From Myxococcales bacterium (GTDB lineage Bacteria; Myxococcota; Myxococcia; Myxococcales; Anaeromyxobacteraceae), in contig JBBQEB010000014.1 of the NCBI GenBank assembly GCA_038320275.1, positions 1-37,451 of the forward strand: a stretch of DNA of 37,451 nt, given 5' to 3'. The translations under genes were made by a program, and so were the position numbers. Shown piece by piece: positions 10,020 through 21,302 of the stretch. The notes below the pieces were generated by a model. It did no database searches. It saw only the letters and a list, made by a program, of their open reading frames with translations, and was not told the origin of the DNA. Numbering within the stretch: position 1 is the stretch's first letter; every line of letters begins with the position of its first letter.

Positions 10020-13000
10020 TCAGAAGCTCGGCCCGAGCGTGAGGTAGAGCTGCGTCTCCGCGAGCGGATCGGAGAACGGTCCGCCGAAGTGCCCAGGGGC
10101 GAGGAGCGGCCCGAGGCCGCGGGCGGCGCCGAGGCGGAGGTCGGTCCGGAAGGCGTAGCCAAGCACGATCTCGAGCCGTAGCTCACCGCCGGCTCCGAAG
10201 CGCACCCGGTCGCGCGCCGCGAAGTCGTGGAGGGGCGCGCCGTTCAAGGCTGGGAACGCCCCGCCGGCGTCGACGAAGAGCGCCCCGTGCACCCGGCGGA
10301 GCTGCACCGGCCACGCGCGAAACCCGCGCTCCACCCGCGCGATGGGGAAGCGCAGCTCGGCGGTGGTCGAGAGCAGCGAAGACCCGGCCAGCGCCCCGCT
10401 GGCATAGCCGCGGAGCACGTCCACCGGGAACGACGCCCCGAGGAGCGGCGCCAGCGCGAGCTCCACCACGTCGGTGGGGGGCGCCCCGCCCAGCGAGAAG
10501 GGCTCTCGCCCACCCAGCGAGCCGCCCGCCACGCCTACCGAGCCGCGCAGCGCGAGCACCGCGTGCGCGGTGAAGGGTAGGCGGAGGTACTGCGCCGCGG
10601 CCGCCCGCGCCGAGGCGTAGGCGAACGATCCGCCCAGCTCCGGGCGCGCCAGCCGCGCGCTCACCACGAACGAGCGCCCCTCCTCGGCCGAGATCGAGCT
10701 CACGAAGCGGAAGGCGTCGCGAGTGCTGGCGGAGAAGGACAGCTCGCTCGCAGTCCCGTCGCGAAACGCCGCCACCCTCCTGTCGGTGGGCTGTCCCGGC
10801 GGTCCGCCGATGGAGCGCAGTCGCAGCGCGCGCCAGCCCACCGCCACCGCCGAGGAACGATCGAGGTGGGTGTCGGTCGCGCGCAGCGAGACCTGTCCCA
10901 GCGTCCAGTCCTCCTCCAGGCGCGACGGGTACCCCGGCGTCGTCCCGATCGAGCGGCTGGAGCCGAGCGTGAGGCGCGGGAAGAGCCAGGTGCCCACGTA
11001 CTGTGCGTCGTACCCAGGCTCGCGACTCGCGACGCCGTACCAGGCCTGCAGCGCATAGGCGTGCTGCAGCAGCACGTCGGCGCCGCCGGTCACCGCCCCC
11101 GCGGTGAGCCCCCCGCCATCCGTGCCCAGCCAGGGCAGCCAGAAGGTGGGGCGGAGGGTGTCGAGCGGCCGGTAGGGATGGTCTGGAAAGGTGGGGTCGG
11201 GCGGCAGAGGCGGCGCGCCGGGTCCGCGGAGCGCGCGCGGCCGCGCAGGTTCGGGCTCGAGCCACTTAGCGCGGTCGAGCGGGATCGACGCCAGGTCGTA
11301 GCCGCGCCGCGAGTAGGAGACGAACGCCAGGGTCCGGCCGTCGGGCGAGACCTGCGGCTCGAAGGCGCCCAGCTCCACGTTCGTCACCTGGCGCAGCCGG
11401 CCGGGAGCCCGCGGCCGGGTGCCGGGTCCCGCGCCTGCGACGGCGCGGGTGCCCGCGCCCAGCTCGAACGCATAGACGTCGTACACGCCGCTTCGCTCCG
11501 AGGAGAAGTAGAGCGTCCCGCCGTCGGGCGACCACGACGGCGAGAGGTCGAGGGCGTCGTCGTCGGTGATCCAGGTGAGAGCGCCCGCCTCCCAGATCAC
11601 CACGTCGCGACGGCCGGCCTCCTGCAGCTCCAGCGCGATGCGGCGGCCGTCGGGCGCGATGCGAGGGTTTGCGAGCTGCACGCCGGGCAGCCGGAGCAGC
11701 ACCTCCGGTGGACCACCGGCGAAGGCTTGTCGGAGGAGCGCCAGCTCACCGCCGCCGAGATGGGCCACGTACACGGCGAAGGTGCCGTCGGGTGACACGT
11801 CCGGCTCGGTGGCCCGGGCTCCCTCCGTGAGCTGCCGCCAGCGGCCGGTGTCGAGCTCGACGAGCCTCAGGTCGTCCCAGACGCGGAACTCGCCGTACAC
11901 GTCGCTTGCGGCGACCACCAGCTCCCGCTCCCCGCGCACCGCCAAGGTTCCATTTCCCTCCACCAGGGCGACCCGCCCCAGGTCCTCCCCGGCGCGCCCG
12001 ACACGCCGCACGGAGGAGCGCTCGTCCGGTCCCGCGTCGTAGTAGACGAGCCCGCTGCCGTCCTTCAGCCAGCGCGGGTGGAGCACCACCGAACCGCGCC
12101 GGGTGAGCGGAGTCGCCTGCGTCACCGGGCGCCGCTGCACCTTCGCGAGCTCTTGCCGGGCGCGGGCGCGGGTGTCCTCGGCGAAGGCTGCCCAGAGCTC
12201 CCCGAACGAGCCGCCCAGATTCCGCCGGGCCAGCGTGTCGAGCCGGTAGGGCCAGAGCTGTCGTCCCTGGTCCTTGGAGAAGGCGGTCAGCGCCCCCGCG
12301 CCCGAGCGCGCCTCGACGAAGGCGAAGAAGCGCCCGCCGAGGAGATAGGGGAGGTTTCCCCGGGGCCAGGTCAGTGGCAGCGCGAGCACCTCGTCGAGCC
12401 GGGGGAAGGGCCCGTCCAAGGCGAGCGCCCGCGCGTACATGTCGAAGAGCGCGCTCGCGTTGCGTCCGCCGTCGCCGCCCTCCGCCTCGTCGCCCTCGTG
12501 CAGCACGGCGAGCCCCTCTGCCACCAGAGACGGCGAGAATCCGGACGGCGCAAGCACGCGGCCGAGCACGTCGTTCACCAGCGCGGGCGGTCCCTCGATG
12601 GTCCCGAGGTGGAGGATGTGCACGTACTCGTGGTCGACGATCCCCTGCACCCAGTCGCGCTCGTCGTTCAGCTCGGAGAGCGATCCGGGCGGCACGGCCA
12701 GGAGCCGGATGGTGTCGTAGGGGAGGGGGGTCGCCGAGCCGTTGAGGTCATCGGCATCATCCGAGAGAACGATCTCGGTGCGCCGCTCCGGACTGTGCGC
12801 GAACGCGGGACTGAGCCGCTCGTGCGCGCGCTCCGCGGCGCCGGCCACCCGCCGCGCCAGGGCGGCCAGGCCGTCGTGATGGTGGACGCGGAAGTGGGGC
12901 GTCTCCACCGTGCGCCAGCGCAGCCGCGGGTCGTAGGGCTGCGCCGAGGCGCTCGGCCCCGGCGCGAGGAGGATCGCCAGCACGGCCGCGGCGAGCGCCC

Positions 13001-13031
13001 GGCGAACGGTGCCGGCGCGCCCTGCCGTCAC
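10020..13031 (-). CDS. Outer-membrane protein: gluzincin-like peptidase domain + PD40/TolB-like propeller + Omp85-type beta-barrel
   Basis: Signal peptide (...ASA/QP); HEYVH...AEGLA; repeated PxWSPDG/PxVSPDG; AELRFP, GALFVDAG and terminal Phe (YLTLGPSF); GTG overlaps upstream TGA. Confidence 0.8.
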   Translation of the reverse strand: MTAGRAGTVRRALAAAVLAILLAPGPSASAQPYDPRLRWRTVETPHFRVHHHDGLAALARRVAGAAERAHERLSPAFAHSPERRTEIVLSDDADDLNGSATPLPYDTIRLLAVPPGSLSELNDERDWVQGIVDHEYVHILHLGTIEGPPALVNDVLGRVLAPSGFSPSLVAEGLAVLHEGDEAEGGDGGRNASALFDMYARALALDGPFPRLDEVLALPLTWPRGNLPYLLGGRFFAFVEARSGAGALTAFSKDQGRQLWPYRLDTLARRNLGGSFGELWAAFAEDTRARARQELAKVQRRPVTQATPLTRRGSVVLHPRWLKDGSGLVYYDAGPDERSSVRRVGRAGEDLGRVALVEGNGTLAVRGERELVVAASDVYGEFRVWDDLRLVELDTGRWRQLTEGARATEPDVSPDGTFAVYVAHLGGGELALLRQAFAGGPPEVLLRLPGVQLANPRIAPDGRRIALELQEAGRRDVVIWEAGALTWITDDDALDLSPSWSPDGGTLYFSSERSGVYDVYAFELGAGTRAVAGAGPGTRPRAPGRLRQVTNVELGAFEPQVSPDGRTLAFVSYSRRGYDLASIPLDRAKWLEPEPARPRALRGPGAPPLPPDPTFPDHPYRPLDTLRPTFWLPWLGTDGGGLTAGAVTGGADVLLQHAYALQAWYGVASREPGYDAQYVGTWLFPRLTLGSSRSIGTTPGYPSRLEEDWTLGQVSLRATDTHLDRSSAVAVGWRALRLRSIGGPPGQPTDRRVAAFRDGTASELSFSASTRDAFRFVSSISAEEGRSFVVSARLARPELGGSFAYASARAAAAQYLRLPFTAHAVLALRGSVGVAGGSLGGREPFSLGGAPPTDVVELALAPLLGASFPVDVLRGYASGALAGSSLLSTTAELRFPIARVERGFRAWPVQLRRVHGALFVDAGGAFPALNGAPLHDFAARDRVRFGAGGELRLEIVLGYAFRTDLRLGAARGLGPLLAPGHFGGPFSDPLAETQLYLTLGPSF

Positions 13032-13906
13032 GCTGCGTCGGCGCCCACCCGCTCGCGCAGGAAGCGCTCCAGCGCATCGGCCACCGCGCGCGGGTGCTCG
13101 AGCGGAGCCATGTGAGAGCCAGCGGGCAGCACCAGGAGCTCGCTCCCCGGGATCGCCTCGTGCATCTTTCGAGAGAGCGCTGCCGGCGTGAAGGTGTCGT
13201 TCTCCCCAGCGATGACGAGCGTCGGGACGTGCACCGAGGAGAGCTGCGCGGTGGCGTCGTGCACGGCCACCGACGACAGCATCCGCACGAACACCTCCGG
13301 ATCGGTGTCCGCCAGCTCGCGCAGGTAGGCCTCCAGGTCCTCGCGGTCGACGAGGTGGCGGTTCACCTCCACCCAGCGTGCGATCTGGAGCGAGACCTCG
13401 GTGGGCGCGGCGTGCTGCAAGAACCAGCGCGCCGCTCCAGGCACGGCCAGCACCGCCGACCGGAGCCAGGGAAAGATCGTCTCCAGGGCAGCCCCGCCGT
13501 GAAAGGTGCGCAGCGGTCGTCCGGGCGAGCCGCAGACGAGGACGAGCGCTCGCACGCGCTCCGGCGCCCGCCGGTACGCCTCCAGGCTGACCTGCACGCC
13601 CACGGAGTGGCCCATGAGCACCGCCGACGGTTCCTCCGCGTCGTCCAGCACCGCGAAGAGATCGGACACCGCCTCGTCGAGCCCCACCCGCTCCTCGTCC
13701 ATGGGGAGGTCGCTCTCGCCGTGGCCGCGGTAGTTCCAGTGGATGACGCGGCGCCGCGCCGCGAGCTGCGGGAAGAGGTGGCGCCAGACGTAACCGGCGC
13801 AGCCGATCCCGTCGGTGAGCGCGACCGGAGGGGCGCCGCGCCCCGCCGAGCGCCACCACAGCCTCGTCCCGTCGGCCGCCCTGGCGAAGCTGGTCCTGAC
13901 GTCCAC
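13028..13906 (-). CDS. Alpha/beta-fold hydrolase
   Basis: DGIGC, WNYRGHGES, nucleophile elbow GHSVG, GEND, GSHMAPLEHP; GGAGG RBS. Confidence 0.92.
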   Translation of the reverse strand: MDVRTSFARAADGTRLWWRSAGRGAPPVALTDGIGCAGYVWRHLFPQLAARRRVIHWNYRGHGESDLPMDEERVGLDEAVSDLFAVLDDAEEPSAVLMGHSVGVQVSLEAYRRAPERVRALVLVCGSPGRPLRTFHGGAALETIFPWLRSAVLAVPGAARWFLQHAAPTEVSLQIARWVEVNRHLVDREDLEAYLRELADTDPEVFVRMLSSVAVHDATAQLSSVHVPTLVIAGENDTFTPAALSRKMHEAIPGSELLVLPAGSHMAPLEHPRAVADALERFLRERVGADAA

Positions 13907-13920
13907 GACACCTCCGCAGC

Positions 13921-13949
13921 GTGACCCCGCGCAGGCGGGATGTTAGGAC
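13921..13949 (+). promoter_or_regulatory. sigma70-type promoter for the CDF-rsmD-coaD unit
   Basis: GTGACC-17 nt-TAGGAC with TG extended -10; AAAGGAGG RBS downstream. Confidence 0.5.
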
Positions 13950-13991
13950 ACCGAGGACCATCGCGGCAACGAAAGGAGGGGCGCACTGCGC

Positions 13992-14963
13992 ATGTCCGGC
14001 GGGACGATCGAGGATGCAGGCCACGCGCAGGGCGAGGGCGCTCACGGCGGCCACGACCACCACGCGCACGGCGGGCACCATCATCACGGCGCGTCCAGCG
14101 TGCGGCGGCTGGCGGTCTCGCTGGGCGTCGCCTCCCTCATCATGGTCGCCGAGGCGCTGGGAGGGTGGATCTCCGGCTCGCTCGCGCTCGTTTCGGATGC
14201 GGGCCACATGCTCACCGACGTGGCCGCGCTGGGACTCGCGCTGCTCGCGGTGGTGTTCGGGTCACGGCCCGCCGATCTGCGGCGCACCTTCGGCTATCGC
14301 CGCCTGGAGGTGCTGGCCGCGCAGATCAACGTGGGAACGCTCCTCGCGCTCACCGCCTGGATCGGCTGGGAAGCGGTGCAGCGGCTGCGCGCGCCCCCCG
14401 CCGACATCCGCCTCGGCGTCATGGCGGGCGTCGCAGCGGTGGGCCTCTTTGGAAACACGGTCATCCTGGTCTGGCTGCGAGGCGACGCGAGCCTCAACAC
14501 CCGCTCGGCATTCCTGCACGTCCTGGGAGACGCAGTGGCGTCCTTGGCCGTCCTCGCTGGCGCGGGGGGGATCTGGCTGCGCCCGGACCTCACCTGGATC
14601 GACCCCGTTCTTTCAATCGCCATCGCGCTCCTCATCCTCTTCGGCGCGGTGCGGCTCATCTTCGAGATCACCGCCATCCTCATGGAGGCGGTGCCGCCGC
14701 ACCTCGCGGTGGGGGAGATCGCCAGCATCATGGGGTCCGCGGAGGGGGTGGTGGCGGTGCACGACCTGCACGTCTGGACCATCTCCAGCGGCCTCTACGC
14801 GCTCTCGGCGCACCTCGTGGTGCACGCAGGATCGATGGGCAGGAACGACGACATCCTCACCGCGGTGAAGTCCGCGCTGCGCAGGCGCTACGGCATCGAC
14901 CACACCACGCTCCAGATCGAGTCGGTCGACTACGACCATGTCGACGACGTGCATCACCACTGA
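13992..14963 (+). CDS. czcD: Cation diffusion facilitator (Zn/Co/Cd efflux, CzcD/ZitB-like)
   Basis: His-rich N-terminus; SLALVSDAGHMLTD, TFGYRRLE, FLHVLGD, VHDLHVW, HTTLQIE. Confidence 0.93.
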   Translation: MSGGTIEDAGHAQGEGAHGGHDHHAHGGHHHHGASSVRRLAVSLGVASLIMVAEALGGWISGSLALVSDAGHMLTDVAALGLALLAVVFGSRPADLRRTFGYRRLEVLAAQINVGTLLALTAWIGWEAVQRLRAPPADIRLGVMAGVAAVGLFGNTVILVWLRGDASLNTRSAFLHVLGDAVASLAVLAGAGGIWLRPDLTWIDPVLSIAIALLILFGAVRLIFEITAILMEAVPPHLAVGEIASIMGSAEGVVAVHDLHVWTISSGLYALSAHLVVHAGSMGRNDDILTAVKSALRRRYGIDHTTLQIESVDYDHVDDVHHH

Positions 14964-14965
14964 CC

Positions 14966-15583
14966 GTGCGCATCGTGGGGGGCGTCGCGAGGGGGCGGGT
15001 GCTGCAGGTCCCCCAGGCTCGCGCTTCGGGCCGCCGCCAGACCGCGGCGCTCCGCGCTGGCGCTCCGGGCGAAGGGGGCAAGGGGGCACGCGAACCGCTC
15101 CAGACGACCCGCCCCACGAGCGACAGGGTGCGGGAGGCGGTGTTCAACCTGCTCGGCCAGCGGTTCGAAGGCGGGGTGGTGCTCGACCTCTACGCAGGGA
15201 GCGGCGCGCTGGCGCTGGAGGCGCTCTCGCGCGGCATGGAGCGGGCGGTCTGCGTGGAGCGCGACCGGCAGGCGGCCGAGGTCATCCTCGAGAATGCCGC
15301 CCGCTGCGGCTTCGCGGACCGGGTGGAGGTTCGCCGGGAGGAGGTCGCCGCCGCGCTGGCGCGCCTTCCGCGCGGGGGCTTCGCCCTTGCCTTCGCCGAC
15401 CCGCCTTACGCGCTGGGGCCGGATGAGGCCCTCTCCGGACTCGCGCCCTTGCTCGCGCCAAGAGCGACGGCGGTGGCCGAGCACGACCACCGCCGCCCTC
15501 CGGCCGACCGCCACGGCGCGCTCGCGCTCGTCGATCGGCGCGCGTATGGCGACACGGGAATCTCGATCTACCGGCTCGATTAG
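14966..15583 (+). CDS. rsmD: 16S rRNA m2G966 methyltransferase RsmD
   Basis: MRIVGGVARGRVL, TRPTSDRVREAVFN, LDLYAGSGALALEALSRG, DPPY; directly upstream of coaD. Confidence 0.93.
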   Translation: MRIVGGVARGRVLQVPQARASGRRQTAALRAGAPGEGGKGAREPLQTTRPTSDRVREAVFNLLGQRFEGGVVLDLYAGSGALALEALSRGMERAVCVERDRQAAEVILENAARCGFADRVEVRREEVAAALARLPRGGFALAFADPPYALGPDEALSGLAPLLAPRATAVAEHDHRRPPADRHGALALVDRRAYGDTGISIYRLD

Positions 15584-15598
15584 GGGAGAATCCGCCGC

Positions 15599-16096
15599 AT
15601 GCCACGCCTCGCCATCTACCCCGGATCGTTCGACCCGCCCACGAAGGGCCACCTGTCCCTCGTGAAGCGGGGGCTCGAGATCTTCGACGGGCTCATCGTG
15701 GCGGTGGCGCACAACGTGGAGAAGAACGCGCTCTTCACCTTCGAGGAGCGGCTGGCCCTGTTGCGCGAGGCCATCGGCGACGACCCGCGCGTGGAGGTGG
15801 ACAGCTTCCAGGGCCTGCTCGTCGCCTACGCCGCGCGGCGGGGCGTGCACACGGTGCTCCGCGGGCTGCGGGCCGTCTCCGACTTCGAGTACGAGTTCCA
15901 GCTCGCCAACATGAACCGCAAGCTCGACCCGAAGTTCGACAGCGTGTTCGTCATGACCGGCGAGGACTATTTCTACGTGACCTCGCGCCTGGTGCGGGAG
16001 GTGGCCCGCTTCGGCGGCGACGTCTCGAGCCTCGTCCCGGCCAACGTGGCGAGCGCGCTCGAGCGAAAGCGAAGCCAGGGCGCCTTCGGTCCGTGA
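15599..16096 (+). CDS. coaD: Phosphopantetheine adenylyltransferase
   Basis: [33 protein letters not shown]. Confidence 0.97.
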   Translation: MPRLAIYPGSFDPPTKGHLSLVKRGLEIFDGLIVAVAHNVEKNALFTFEERLALLREAIGDDPRVEVDSFQGLLVAYAARRGVHTVLRGLRAVSDFEYEFQLANMNRKLDPKFDSVFVMTGEDYFYVTSRLVREVARFGGDVSSLVPANVASALERKRSQGAFGP

Positions 16097-16223
16097 CGGG
16101 CGGGGCCCGGCGGGGCGTGTCCCTTTTCTGCTGTCGTGCGAAGCGCGGCGATGCGGTAACCTAGCCGTTTCCCTCATGCATGCGGGGCCGTGCCTATCGG
16201 TCCCGGAGAAGGAGCACCGCGAC

Positions 16224-17426
16224 ATGAAGCTCGCCCAGCGCCTCGACGGAGTGAAGCCCTCGCCCACCCTGGCCATCAGCGCCAAGGCCAAGGAGCTCAA
16301 GTCGAAGGGCGTCGACGTGGTGGGCTTCGGGGCCGGCGAGCCGGACTTCGACACGCCCGAGGTGGTGAAGGCCGCGGCGAAGAAGGCCATCGACGAGGGC
16401 TTCACCAAGTACACGCCCACGAACGGCATCCCCGAGCTGCGGGAGGCGATCGCCCGGCGCATCGAGAAGGACCACCGCCTCGCCTACAAGCCCACCGAGG
16501 TGCTCGTCTCCTGCGGCGGCAAGCACGCCCTCTACAACCTGTTCCAGGCGGTCCTGAACGAGGGCGACGAGGTCGTCATCTTCACCCCGTACGGGGTCTC
16601 CGACGCCGACATGGTGCGGGTGGCGGGCGGGAAGCCGGTGCTGGTCGAGACCACCATGGAGACGGGCTTCGACCCGGCGCCGGAGGCCATCGAGAAGGCC
16701 ATCGGGCCCCGCACCCGCGCGGTCATCCTCAACAGCCCGTCGAATCCCACCGGCGCCATGCTCTCCCGCCGCACGCTGGAGACGGTGATCCGGCAGACCA
16801 AGGGCAAGGAGATCCTGCTCGTCACGGACGACATCTACGACAAGCTCGTCTACCGCGGCACGTTCGAGAACGTGCTCGACCTCGACCCGTCGCTGCGCGG
16901 TCAGGTGGCGCTCGTGAACGGCGCGTCCAAGACCTACGCGATGACCGGCTGGCGCATCGGCTGGACGGCCGGCCCGCAGGATCTGATCGCCGCGATGCAG
17001 AAGCTGCAGGACAACTCCACCTCCAACGCCGCCTCCATCTCGCAGCGCGCGGCTCTGGGGGCGCTCACCACGCCCGGGGTGGAGGAGGAGGTGGAGAAGA
17101 TGCGCTCCGCCTTCGACGCGCGGCGGAAGCACATCGTCTCGCGCCTGAACGCCATCGAGGGCATTCGTTGTTTCGATCCGGCGGGGGCGTTCTACGTCTT
17201 CCCGCACGTGGCAGCGCTCCTGGGCCGCAAGGCGCCCGGCGCTGCCGAGCCGCTGGGCACGGACGACCGCTTCATCGACCAGCTCCTCGACGTCCACAAG
17301 GTGGCGGCGGTGCCCGGCTCGGCTTTCGGTGGCCCCGGCTACATCCGGCTGTCGTTCGCCACCTCCATGGAGCAGATCGACAAGGGCTGCGACCGCATCG
17401 CGGAGATGGTGAAGACGCTCCGCTAG
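16224..17426 (+). CDS. aspC: Aspartate aminotransferase, subgroup Ib (PLP-dependent)
   Basis: [49 protein letters not shown] 16224 after AAGGAG. Confidence 0.88.
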   Translation: MKLAQRLDGVKPSPTLAISAKAKELKSKGVDVVGFGAGEPDFDTPEVVKAAAKKAIDEGFTKYTPTNGIPELREAIARRIEKDHRLAYKPTEVLVSCGGKHALYNLFQAVLNEGDEVVIFTPYGVSDADMVRVAGGKPVLVETTMETGFDPAPEAIEKAIGPRTRAVILNSPSNPTGAMLSRRTLETVIRQTKGKEILLVTDDIYDKLVYRGTFENVLDLDPSLRGQVALVNGASKTYAMTGWRIGWTAGPQDLIAAMQKLQDNSTSNAASISQRAALGALTTPGVEEEVEKMRSAFDARRKHIVSRLNAIEGIRCFDPAGAFYVFPHVAALLGRKAPGAAEPLGTDDRFIDQLLDVHKVAAVPGSAFGGPGYIRLSFATSMEQIDKGCDRIAEMVKTLR

Positions 17427-17460
17427 CCGCCTCCTCGCCTGTGGTAGCTTCCGCGCCCTC

Positions 17461-20690
<3,230 letters not shown>

Positions 20691-20694
<4 letters not shown>

Positions 20695-20720
20695 CATCGT
20701 ACCCTTCCCTCCAGCACCAT
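20691..20720 (+). promoter_or_regulatory. sigma70-type promoter for greA overlapping the carB stop
   Basis: Perfect TTGACA-18 nt-CACCAT. Confidence 0.55.
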
Positions 20721-20727
20721 CCGTTCG

Positions 20728-20769
20728 AGCGCGGCCGTCCCGCAACCCGGGGTCGGCCGCCGCTTTTTT
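20728..20769 (+). terminator. Intrinsic terminator between carB and greA
   Basis: GCGGCCG...CGGCCGC stem extended by AGCG/CGCT, followed by T6. Confidence 0.8.
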
Positions 20770-20798
20770 CGCCCCTCCTGCGAGGGACGCGAGGCCCC

Positions 20799-21299
20799 AT
20801 GCCCGATGTCCGCATGCCGATGACGCAGGCCGGCCTCACGCACCTGAGGGAGGAACTGAAGCGGCTCAAGGGCCACGAGCGCCCCAAGATCGTGAAGGAG
20901 ATCGCGGAGGCGCGCTCCCACGGTGACCTCTCGGAGAACGCCGAGTACCACGCCGCAAAGGACAAGCAGTCCCACCTCGAGGGGCGCATCCTGCAGGTGG
21001 AGGACTGGATCGGCCGGGCCGAGGTCATCGACATCTCCAAGCTCAAGGGCGACCGGGTCGTGTTCGGCGCCACGGTGACGGTGGCGGACGGTGACGGCGA
21101 GGAGATGCGGTACCAGGTGGTGGGCGAGCTCGAGGCCGACCTCAAGAAGGGCAAGATCAGCGTGACCTCGCCCATCGCCCGCGCCCTCATCGGCAAGACC
21201 GAGGGCGACGTCGTGAAGGTGCACACGCCGGGAGGCGAGCGCGAGTACGAGGTCACCGCGGTCGAGTTCGTCGAGGAGCCGCTCGCGGCCGGGGAGTAG
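20799..21299 (+). CDS. greA: Transcription elongation factor GreA
   Basis: [38 protein letters not shown]. Confidence 0.97.
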   Translation: MPDVRMPMTQAGLTHLREELKRLKGHERPKIVKEIAEARSHGDLSENAEYHAAKDKQSHLEGRILQVEDWIGRAEVIDISKLKGDRVVFGATVTVADGDGEEMRYQVVGELEADLKKGKISVTSPIARALIGKTEGDVVKVHTPGGEREYEVTAVEFVEEPLAAGE

Positions 21300-21302
21300 T
21301 GC

